A DNA stretch of 64,000 nt from Deltaproteobacteria bacterium (lineage in GTDB: Bacteria > Desulfobacterota > GWC2-55-46 > DRQE01), in NCBI GenBank assembly GCA_029858205.1, contig JAOUFM010000006.1:6094-70093 (forward strand), written 5' to 3'. The notes below the pieces were generated by a model. The model worked only from the letters and a program-made list of their open reading frames with translations, was not told the DNA's origin and did no database searches. A program made the position numbers and the translations under genes. Of the stretch, positions 9,983-18,162 are shown piece by piece (the first letter of the stretch is position 1; each line of letters begins with the position of its first letter).

Positions 9983-10477
9983 CTACATCTTGTACTTCCC
10001 GAAAGATTCGGGAGTAAGGTTCTCAAGCGTTTCACCGCCGGCCTTAGAGCCGTCGGCGGTCTTCGGCGCCTTGGAATAATCCACCGAGCGCGACTTTTCT
10101 ATTATGGACGCCTCCACGAATATCGGCGACGACATCCGAAGCGCAAGCGCTATGGCATCGCTTGGCCTCGCGTCCACGGCTATGACAGCTCCGGCGTGGT
10201 TTAGATGTATTGTCGCGTAGTAGACGTTTTCCCTCAAGTCGTTTACCTCTATCCTCTTTAGCGAGACATCGACCTTATCGAGCACGTTCCTGAAAAGGTC
10301 GTGCGTCATCGGGCGCGTAAACTTCATCTTCTCTACCTCCGAGGCTATCGCGCTTGCCTCGAGCACGCCTATCCAGATGGGAAGCGTATTGTCGGAGTTT
10401 ACGTCCCTAAGTATCACTATCGGCGCATTTGTCATGGGGTCTACGGTAATGCCAGCCACGCGCATCTCTATAAACAC
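9983..10477 (-). CDS. Bifunctional nuclease family protein (BFN/DUF151)
   Basis: 164 aa; ...PIWIGVLEASAIA...ARPSDAIALALR... is typical of the DUF151 nuclease fold. Confidence 0.55.
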   Translation of the reverse strand: MFIEMRVAGITVDPMTNAPIVILRDVNSDNTLPIWIGVLEASAIASEVEKMKFTRPMTHDLFRNVLDKVDVSLKRIEVNDLRENVYYATIHLNHAGAVIAVDARPSDAIALALRMSSPIFVEASIIEKSRSVDYSKAPKTADGSKAGGETLENLTPESFGKYKM

Positions 10478-11838
10478 GGCACAATCCCCCTTTCATCCTT
10501 TGCTTCTACTGTAACGGCCGCTCCGCGTAGCGAATTCGCGTACGCCTTCTCTATTCTCACGCCGACCTCATCCCCTGCCGCTATCCCCTTTGCCTTCGGA
10601 AAGTTTACGGCCCTCGAGCACGGAGACCTTCCGGTTAAATCGTCTGCCGAGACCTTGCTTTCGCCCTCGACAAGAACTTTCACAGTTTTACCTTCGAGCG
10701 CCCTGCTCTTTTCAAACGATATGGCGCGCTGGAGCGTCTGTATCTCTTCGAGCCGTATTGCCTTCACGTCCTCGTCTACCTGGGCATCAAATGCAGCTGC
10801 CTCTGTGCCCGGGCGCGGCGAGTACTTGAAGGAAAATATATTGTCAAAGCGAACGTTCTTTAAGAGCCTTATCGTTGCCGCGTGGTCCTCATCAGTTTCT
10901 CCGGGGAATCCGGCTATTATGTCTGTTGTAAGCGCCATGTCCGGGTAAAGGGTCTTTAGCCTCTCGACCTTTGCCATGTAGGACTCGATTGTATACCCGC
11001 GCTTCATTGCCTTTAGCACGTTATTGGAGCCCGACTGCGCCGGAAGGTGCAGCGCCCTCTGGAGCTTTTCTTCTTTGCCAAAAAGCTCGATTAATTCATC
11101 CGACATGTCCTTGGGGTGCGATGTGACGAACCTTACGCGCTTTATGCCGTCGACATTCGCGACCATGCGTAGCAGCTCGGGAAAGCTCTTTTCCCCTGCG
11201 TAGGAGTTGACGTTTTGCCCGACAAGCGTTACCTCTCTTGTGCCCTTGTTGGAGAGTTGTTTGACCTCGTCGATTATCTCGCTAACGCTTCTGCTTGCCT
11301 CCCTGCCCCTTACATACGGCACGATGCAATAGGCGCAGAAGTTGTCGCACCCGCGCATGATGCTAACGAATGCCTTTACTCCCGCTTCTTCTGCAACCTC
11401 GTACTCGTCTCTGTCGATGCCTTCCTTAAAGTCCGTGTACGCTGCCCTTATGCCTGTTTCAGCGCCTTTTACTATGTCGCCTATCTTGTGGATGTTGTGC
11501 GTGCCAACGACCACATCCAGAAACGGCGCCCTCTTTAGAAGCTCCTCGCCAGATTGCTGCGCAACACAGCCGCTAACGCCGATAAGGAGCCCGGGCTTAT
11601 CCTTCTTCATGAGCTTATAGCGTCCAAGTGTCGAGTACACCTTGTGCTCGGCCTTGTCCCTTATGCTGCAGGTGTTTACGAGGATTAAATCAGCTTTCTC
11701 GGCGTCTTCGGTTGGAATGTAGTTATTCCTACGAAGCCGCTCGAGCATCCTTACCGAATCGTCCTCGTTCATCTGGCAGCCGAAGGTCTCTATGTAGACG
11801 CATTTGCTTGATTTTTCGGCTTTTTCGACAATGTCCAT
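10468..11838 (-). CDS. miaB: tRNA-2-methylthio-N6-dimethylallyladenosine synthase (radical SAM methylthiotransferase)
   Basis: N-terminal MTTase domain (YIETFGCQMNEDDS), radical SAM CxxxCxxC (MRGCDNFCAYC) and a C-terminal TRAM domain; 456 aa. Confidence 0.9.
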   Translation of the reverse strand: MDIVEKAEKSSKCVYIETFGCQMNEDDSVRMLERLRRNNYIPTEDAEKADLILVNTCSIRDKAEHKVYSTLGRYKLMKKDKPGLLIGVSGCVAQQSGEELLKRAPFLDVVVGTHNIHKIGDIVKGAETGIRAAYTDFKEGIDRDEYEVAEEAGVKAFVSIMRGCDNFCAYCIVPYVRGREASRSVSEIIDEVKQLSNKGTREVTLVGQNVNSYAGEKSFPELLRMVANVDGIKRVRFVTSHPKDMSDELIELFGKEEKLQRALHLPAQSGSNNVLKAMKRGYTIESYMAKVERLKTLYPDMALTTDIIAGFPGETDEDHAATIRLLKNVRFDNIFSFKYSPRPGTEAAAFDAQVDEDVKAIRLEEIQTLQRAISFEKSRALEGKTVKVLVEGESKVSADDLTGRSPCSRAVNFPKAKGIAAGDEVGVRIEKAYANSLRGAAVTVEAKDERGIVPCL

Positions 11839-11931
11839 AAGTCAATAAATTAACCCGAAACAGGGCTATTAGTCAAGGATTGTAAAAGGTATAGAAAACC
11901 CGCACAGATAGGTACAGAACCCGGCCCTGCC

Positions 11932-13347
11932 TCAGTACACACCCATGGCATGGTAAGCGCGTTCTATTTTCTCTATGGCAATGTAATACGCCGCGGTTCT
12001 GTAGTCGGTTATGGCAGGGTTTTGCGCCATGACTTCGCGAATTTCCTGCCATGCTGTACGCATCGTATCGTCAAGGCCAGAGTACACGAGGTCAAGCTCG
12101 TCAGCTCCGCGAAGCAGTTCCTTATACGCCCATTCAGGGAGCTTCTTACCGGTGATTTCCTCGATTGCCTTTGTGATGTGCTGGCCCCTTAGCTCGTCGA
12201 AGCGCCTGCCCATCCTGCCAAACCGTATGTGCCCGATGTTCCTTACCCATTCAAAGTAGCTGACTGTAACGCCGCCGGAGTTAAGGAACGCGTCCGGGAT
12301 GACTGTGATGCCGCGCTTTCTAAGTATCTCGTCTGCCTCGAATGTGGTCGGGCCGTTTGCAGCCTCGGCAACTATCTTAGCGTTTATCCTTCCCGCGTTC
12401 TCTTCGGTGATTACGCCTTCCATCGCAGCTGGCATGAGTATGTCGCATTCAATCGTCATGGCCCCGGCCCTGTCCTCGCCAAATGAGCCGCCTGAGAAGC
12501 CTTTTACTCCGCCTGCCTTGATTATGTGCGCCCTCAGGTCGTCTATGTTGATGCCCTTGGGGTTGGTTATAACGCCATCACGCTCGATTACTGCGATGAC
12601 CTTGACCCCATCTTCCTCTGAAAGGAACTTTGCCGCGTGGTAGCCGACGTTGCCGAGCCCTTGCACGACCATGCGCTTATTGGAAAGGTCTCCGGAGAGG
12701 CCGCATTTCTCGACATCATCGATAAACCTAAAGAGCTCGCGAAGCGCGTACTGTATGCCCTTTCCCGTTGCCTCTGTCCTGCCCCTTACACCTCCAAGGT
12801 GCACTGGCTTTCCGGTAACGCACGCGATGTAGTTTATGTCCTCTGGATATAAATTCTTATAGGTGTCCATTATCCAGGCCATTTCCCTCGGGCCTGTGCC
12901 CATGTCCGGGGCCGGGACGTTTGTTGCGGGGCTTAAAAAGCCGCGGATTGCGAGCTCTCTTGCGTACGCGCGCGTGATTCGCTGAAGCTCGTCGCGTTCG
13001 TATTTTAGCGGGTCTACACAGAGCCCGCCCTTTGCGCCGCCAAAGGGCACGTCAACGATTGCGCACTTGTATGTCATTAAGGAAGCAAGCGCCTCGACCT
13101 CGTCCTGATTAACGTCGGATGAGTACCTGATGCCGCCCTTTACAGGGAGCATGTGGGAGCTATGTGTTGCGCGATATCCGGTGAACATCTCGGTCTTGCC
13201 TTTGATTTCCACCGGGAACTGGACTTTGATAACAGCGTTACACTGCTTAATAGCTGCCGCAAGGCCGGGGCTTAATTTTTTTACAATCATCGCCCTGTCG
13301 ACCATCAGGTCTACGTTCTCGCGAAAGCTTTTCTTTTTATTTGGCAT
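11932..13347 (-). CDS. gdhA: NAD(P)-dependent glutamate dehydrogenase
   Basis: GGAKGGLCVDP, the Glu/Leu/Phe/Val dehydrogenase active-site motif; 471 aa. Confidence 0.9.
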   Translation of the reverse strand: MPNKKKSFRENVDLMVDRAMIVKKLSPGLAAAIKQCNAVIKVQFPVEIKGKTEMFTGYRATHSSHMLPVKGGIRYSSDVNQDEVEALASLMTYKCAIVDVPFGGAKGGLCVDPLKYERDELQRITRAYARELAIRGFLSPATNVPAPDMGTGPREMAWIMDTYKNLYPEDINYIACVTGKPVHLGGVRGRTEATGKGIQYALRELFRFIDDVEKCGLSGDLSNKRMVVQGLGNVGYHAAKFLSEEDGVKVIAVIERDGVITNPKGINIDDLRAHIIKAGGVKGFSGGSFGEDRAGAMTIECDILMPAAMEGVITEENAGRINAKIVAEAANGPTTFEADEILRKRGITVIPDAFLNSGGVTVSYFEWVRNIGHIRFGRMGRRFDELRGQHITKAIEEITGKKLPEWAYKELLRGADELDLVYSGLDDTMRTAWQEIREVMAQNPAITDYRTAAYYIAIEKIERAYHAMGVY

Positions 13348-13359
13348 ATGGAAGTGTCC

Positions 13360-14050
13360 TTTTTAGTTTGCCCCTGCGGGGCGGCTTTGAAGTATTAGAC
13401 CTGCGAGTCAAAATGACAACTTCTTCGTCATTCCCGGCAGGCCGAGGGCCTGCACCCAAATGTAAAAACAATTCCTCCCACCACGTCATTCCCGCGCTCA
13501 TTTGGGCGGGAATCCAGCGTCTTACCTTATTTCCTCCCCTTTACAAGGGGCTGGGCTCCCGTTGCGCGAAGCCATTGCAACGGGAAGCGGAGGGGTAAAA
13601 TCTGTCTGTCATCCTGAACTTGATTCAGGATCCATTTTTAAAAAATCGAGATGCTGAAATGAATTCAGCATGACAAAAAGTTTCGTCATTCCCGCAGAAG
13701 CAGAAATCCATTTTTCTAAAAAAACTTTGCGCTGGCCGCGCGGCTTTGGCCGTAAGGTCTGCAAGGCTGCGACCCCGCCGCATAACCACCTCACGTATTG
13801 CCCCGCTTAAATCGCTTCGCTCATGCAACCCCGGCAATACGTCCGCCCCTTATGCGGCCCGCTTAAGCCTTGCCTGGCCTCACGGCCGGGGTTTGAAAAG
13901 AATCAAGCGCCGTAACCCCTCACCTTTATCCTCTCCCCAATGCGATTGGGGAGAGGAAATTCTTCTGCTGGTTCGGGTTTATAACCCGAACCGAAAAGTT
14001 TTGGTTCAAGTTGCAAACTTGAACCAGCGAAATAAAAGATGGGCAATGCC
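13360..14050. repeat. Mosaic block of short palindromic repeat modules (W-Y-Z-X), first copy
   Basis: Many perfect hairpins, including GCCCCTGCGGGGC, attcccgcgctcatttgggcgggaat, cctctccccaatgcgattggggagagg (12-bp stem) and ggttcgggtttataacccgaacc. Modules Y (~13640-13700), Z (~13768-13925) and X (~13960-14035) recur downstream at 14535-14890. Confidence 0.7.
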
Positions 14051-14092
14051 CGCCCTACGCCGAATAGATGGTGGGCCGTGCCACCCTACTAA

Positions 14093-14455
14093 CTACCCAT
14101 CTTTTACATTCTCAGCTTTCATTCTTTTAATTTTCTCGTCACGCCACGCCTCGTATTCTTCCCGTAATTTTGTCAAAACAACATAAGGGTCTTCGCTATA
14201 GTTTATACCTTTCACTATTGAACTTATACTAGCAGTAGTGCCAAAACCTTTTTCTGAAGCAATAAAGTAATTCCAGCCTAAATCAGTTCCAACCGATTCT
14301 ATATCATTTAAAACAAAAAAAATCAGGTCCAATGTTTGCCACATAGATTCAAGCACCTCAAGAGATCCGTACATTGATCCTCTTTTTTTAGATGCTTCCA
14401 TGATTCCATCTATAAGCCGTTTTATTTTAACTATTTTTTCTTCTGGCTCGCCCAC
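14093..14455 (-). CDS. Hypothetical protein, about 120 aa, in a low-GC island
   Basis: ORF with a GTG start 7 nt after AGAGGAG. GC is about 35% against about 60% flanking. It is bounded by the two repeat blocks. No recognisable motif. Confidence 0.4.
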   Translation of the reverse strand: MGEPEEKIVKIKRLIDGIMEASKKRGSMYGSLEVLESMWQTLDLIFFVLNDIESVGTDLGWNYFIASEKGFGTTASISSIVKGINYSEDPYVVLTKLREEYEAWRDEKIKRMKAENVKDG

Positions 14456-14529
14456 AAACAACTCCTCTAATAATTACCTTGTCCATTACAACACAGTCTT
14501 AACAACTGGGGTGGCACCACCTAAAACTT

Positions 14530-14900
14530 GGGTAGAAAACTTCTGCTGGTTCGGGTTTATAACCCGAACCGAAAAAGTTTTGGTTCAAGTTGCAAACTTG
14601 AACCAGCGAAAAATCGAGATGCTGAAATGAATTCAGCATGACAAAAAGTTTCGTCATTCCCGAGGTATTAATCGGGAATCCAGCGTCTTTGAAGCTTTAC
14701 CCCTGCGGGGCGGCTTTTGGGTATGAGGCCTGCAAGGCTGCGACCCCGCCGCACGGCCTCCTCGCATCAAACCCTGCCTTAAATCGCTGCGCTCATGCTC
14801 CCCCGGTTTGCCGCCCTCCTCCCGTGCGGCCCGCTTAAGCCTTGCATGGCCCCATACCCGGGGATTTGAAAAAATCAAGATGACATGCTTTATAAAACAC
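14530..14900. repeat. Mosaic block of short palindromic repeat modules (X-Y-W'-Z), second copy
   Basis: Modules X (14538-14608), Y (14609-14665) and Z (14728-14890) are 85-100% identical to the first copy but arranged in a different order. Confidence 0.7.
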
Positions 14901-14919
14901 TTTATGCGCCATGTCTTTT

Positions 14920-15567
14920 TTACCAAGCCTCGGCATCTTTCAGTCGCTCGACATCATAAGTTAATTGTTTAATCATTTGACGTACATACCAATAAAGACC
15001 TTCGACCTTTAGCAATATTGCATAGCCATGCGTTCTTCTGACTTTAATTATTGCGCCAGACATACCTTCAGGACGAATGTCAGTTTCCAATTGTTGGATA
15101 GCCAACTCGTCCATGCCTGGAGAGTCCCGATCAATTTTTAATGCAACAATTGCTCTATTACCAGGAAAAATTTCCTTTATTAAGTCAAAATCGAGCTTAG
15201 CCGCATTATGTATCAATGGATTCCTAAAAACGTGATAAATTATTCTTGCAGCATACTCTGGTGCTACTCCGCTTTCTTTGGGTCCCCCGTCCCAAGGAAA
15301 GTACTCTTTTACTACTTTTTTAAAGTTATCACTAGAATCCTGTTTTTGCTCTTGGTTATAAAAAACTACGGAACATCCTGCTATAACCGAAAAAAGAATT
15401 GTAGCAATTGAAAAATTTAATCCTGCTTTAATCCCATGCTCTGGCATTGGAAGTCGCAACATTGCATGTATATCTTTTAAAGAATTGTTCTCTATATTTC
15501 CCCTTATGAATTTTCTTAGTTTCTCTGAAATTTCAGGATTAATATTTAACTCCGAATAACTCACTTT
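14920..15567 (-). CDS. Hypothetical membrane-anchored protein, about 216 aa, in a low-GC island
   Basis: A GGAGG SD lies 3 nt before a GTG start (VSYSELNI...). There is one TM helix (LNFSIATILFSVIAGCSVVF). The sequence is AT-rich. No recognisable family. Confidence 0.4.
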   Translation of the reverse strand, partial: KVSYSELNINPEISEKLRKFIRGNIENNSLKDIHAMLRLPMPEHGIKAGLNFSIATILFSVIAGCSVVFYNQEQKQDSSDNFKKVVKEYFPWDGGPKESGVAPEYAARIIYHVFRNPLIHNAAKLDFDLIKEIFPGNRAIVALKIDRDSPGMDELAIQQLETDIRPEGMSGAIIKVRRTHGYAILLKVEGLYWYVRQMIKQLTYDVERLKDAEAW

Positions 15568-15728
15568 CCCTCCACCCCCAAAAACCGCCAAGTTTGCCGT
15601 CAGGCGAGGCAGCGGGCGGTTTTGCTCCGCAGGCGTATTCGACAATACGTCGAGGAAGTAAAAACGCCCGCTAACGACGCATCACGGCAAAATCGGCGGT
15701 TTCCTTTTGTCCAAAGGTTGCGCTTGCA

Positions 15729-16808
15729 TCAAACCGCCTTCGCCGCCTTCCTCTCCTCAACAAGCGATAAAACTTCTCTTACCATCCTCTCAACAATTTC
15801 GTCTTCCTTTATTTTCGCAACCACCTCGCCGCTGCGGTAGATGAGCGCAACACCGTCGCCCCCTGCCATTGCAACGTCGGCTTCTTTTGCCTCTCCGGGG
15901 CCGTTCACAACGCACCCCATTACTGCTACTGTGACGGGCTCTTCAACGTGCGAAAGGCGTTTTTCGATTTCAAGCGCGATTTTTTCAGAGTTAAGCCTTA
16001 TGCGGCCGCATGTGGGGCAGGAAATGATGTTTATGCCGCGCTTTCTGATTTCAAGGGCCTTTAGTATCTCCCACGCAACGCGCACCTCTTCGACCGGGTC
16101 TGCTGTAAGAGAGACCCGAAGTGTAGAGCCGATGCCCATATGTAAGAGCACTCCGATGCCGACCGAGGACTTGATTGTGCCGGAGAAAAGTGTTCCTGCC
16201 TCGGTGATGCCAAGGTGGAGAGGATAGTCCGATACCTTTGAGAACGCCTCGTACGCTGCTATTGTCGAGTTCACGTTTGAGGACTTAAGGGAGACTTTTA
16301 TATCGTGGAAGCCTTCATCTTCGAGAAGCTTTATATGGCGTAGCGCGCTCTCGACCATTGCCTCGGGTGTCGGGTGGCCGTACTTTTGGAGAATGTCCTT
16401 TTCTAAAGACCCTGAGTTAACGCCTATGCGTATGGGCGCTTTTCTGCTGTTTGCCGCGCGCGCGACCTCTCTAACCCTGTCCTTGCCGCCGATGTTACCG
16501 GGGTTAAGCCTTAGTCCGTCTGCGCCTGAATCTAGAGAAAGAAGCGCGAGTTTGTGGTCAAAATGAATGTCCGCGATGAGCGGTATGGAGATGTTCTTCT
16601 TTATTTCCTTTATCGCCTTTGCTGCTACCTCATCTGGCACTGCCACGCGCACTATTTCGCACCCTGCCTTTTCGAGCTTTAGGATTTGCTCGATAGTTGC
16701 GGCAGTGTTCGAGGTATCGGTGTTTGTCATGGACTGCACGCGCACGGGAGCGCCTCCGCCAACAGTAACCCCGCCTATGGAAATTTGTCTTGTTTTCCTC
16801 TTTGCCAT
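15729..16808 (-). CDS. ispG: 4-hydroxy-3-methylbut-2-en-1-yl diphosphate synthase (IspG/GcpE)
   Basis: Full-length GcpE: RQISIGGVTVGG...RVQSMTNT...IADIHFD, and a C-terminal CxxC...C cluster (ISCPTCGR). Confidence 0.95.
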   Translation of the reverse strand: MAKRKTRQISIGGVTVGGGAPVRVQSMTNTDTSNTAATIEQILKLEKAGCEIVRVAVPDEVAAKAIKEIKKNISIPLIADIHFDHKLALLSLDSGADGLRLNPGNIGGKDRVREVARAANSRKAPIRIGVNSGSLEKDILQKYGHPTPEAMVESALRHIKLLEDEGFHDIKVSLKSSNVNSTIAAYEAFSKVSDYPLHLGITEAGTLFSGTIKSSVGIGVLLHMGIGSTLRVSLTADPVEEVRVAWEILKALEIRKRGINIISCPTCGRIRLNSEKIALEIEKRLSHVEEPVTVAVMGCVVNGPGEAKEADVAMAGGDGVALIYRSGEVVAKIKEDEIVERMVREVLSLVEERKAAKAV

Positions 16809-16931
16809 GTGCTTAAAAACCCCGAAATCCGTAATATTATTAAGATACTACATAACAAGATAAAGTTAAAGTAAAAAAACGGCTGCGTTTGTGGCTATAA
16901 CCTCCCTAATTTCAAGGGATTTCTTGCATTT

Positions 16932-18032
16932 GTGCCGATTATGATGTATATTTTAACAATGGAGAGAACCAAGCCATTTCTCGACGAGGCCACGCGGGAG
17001 GCCATCGAGGCAATACGCCATTCCGACCGTATCCTTGAGCTAAAGACCTTTAGCGAAATAGGCAAGGCGCTTACGTCCTCTGTCTCTCTAAACGAGGTCA
17101 TGGAGGTCGCGCTCGAGCAAATCACAAAACTTCTAAGGGCAAAGTACTGGTCGCTTCTCCTGATAGACGAGGTAGCAGGAGAACTGAAATTCGAGATAGC
17201 CGTTGGTGAAGGCGCTGACAAGCTAAAGGAAATGCGGCTAAAGCTTGGCGAAGGAATCGCCGGCTGGGTCGCGGAAAAAGGCGTTCCGCTGCTTGTCCCG
17301 GACGTTCGCAGAGACCCGAGGTTTACGAAAAAAGGCGACAATGTGACGAACTTCCAGACGCGCTCAATCATCTGCGTCCCTCTTGTCACAAAGGGCAAAA
17401 CACTTGGCGTAATAGAGCTTATAAACAAAGTCGAAGAGGACTTCTACGGCGAGCAGGACCTCTTTCTCCTCACCACCATGGCCGACTATACGGCCATAGC
17501 AATAGAGAACGCCCTGCTCTTCGACAAGATACAGCAATTGACCGTCACAGACGATTTGACGCAGCTTGGGAACTCGAGGTTCCTGCACACGTTCCTCGAC
17601 CAGGAAGTCGAGCGCGCAAAGCGCTACGACGAGCACATATCCATGATATTCATCGACATGGACCACTTTAAGCAGATAAACGACGTGCACGGCCATCTCT
17701 GCGGCAGCAAGATGCTAACCGAGTTCGCGGGCATATTGAAGCGGGTTTTGAGAAAGGTCGACATCGCGTGCCGCTACGGCGGTGACGAGTTCGTAATAGT
17801 TTTACCGGCCACGCCAAAGGACAAGGCAAAAATCGTTGCAGAAAAAATTCTCACCGCGTGCAACGAGCACGTGTTCCTCAAAGAAGAAGGCCTCAATAAA
17901 AAAATGACGGCCAGCATCGGGGTCGCTTCCTTTCCAGTGGACGCCAAAAGCAAGCTCGAACTCATACAGCTTGCCGACCATGCCATGTACCGCGTAAAGA
18001 ACCGATCGAGAAACGCGGTGGAGGTGGCGTAA
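16932..18032 (+). CDS. GAF-domain diguanylate cyclase (active GGDEF)
   Basis: GAF domain followed by a GGDEF domain with an intact RYGGDEF and an upstream RxxD-like element. The start may be the internal MERTK. Confidence 0.85.
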   Translation: MPIMMYILTMERTKPFLDEATREAIEAIRHSDRILELKTFSEIGKALTSSVSLNEVMEVALEQITKLLRAKYWSLLLIDEVAGELKFEIAVGEGADKLKEMRLKLGEGIAGWVAEKGVPLLVPDVRRDPRFTKKGDNVTNFQTRSIICVPLVTKGKTLGVIELINKVEEDFYGEQDLFLLTTMADYTAIAIENALLFDKIQQLTVTDDLTQLGNSRFLHTFLDQEVERAKRYDEHISMIFIDMDHFKQINDVHGHLCGSKMLTEFAGILKRVLRKVDIACRYGGDEFVIVLPATPKDKAKIVAEKILTACNEHVFLKEEGLNKKMTASIGVASFPVDAKSKLELIQLADHAMYRVKNRSRNAVEVA

Positions 18033-18162
18033 AGCCTGCCTTAGATACGGAATATTTGCTTGACACAATCACATTAATTCCAAAAAGTAACGTATGCCGC
18101 TTATTCATCGGGAAGCGGCAAGTAAAGTATATTGTGTTAAAAAGAGGTCACGAGGAGGAACA

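Noticed and set aside
13960-14035. tRNA-like or tmRNA-like cloverleaf in module X (outer stem GCTGGTTC/GAACCAGC enclosing two hairpins)
   Set aside because: It has no T-loop GTTCGAATC-type motif, no CCA-adjacent acceptor structure and no anticodon-loop geometry. The only convincing tRNA in the window is tRNA-Gly at 22674-22747.
13360-14900. Whether the repeat blocks are a CRISPR array or integron attC sites
   Set aside because: There are no regularly spaced identical direct repeats with unique spacers. There is no cas or intI gene. The module ends lack the GTTRRRY/RYYYAAC attC core sites. The architecture is a mosaic of modules rather than cassette-attC alternation.
13341-14926. ORF-track ORFs inside the repeat region (13341-13598, 13609-13794, 13625-13837, 13746-14186, 14400-14630, 14638-14838, 14654-14926)
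   Set aside because: They lie within or across the palindromic repeat modules. They have no SD, run into each other on both strands, and their translations are low-complexity. They are most likely artefacts of GC-rich repeats.
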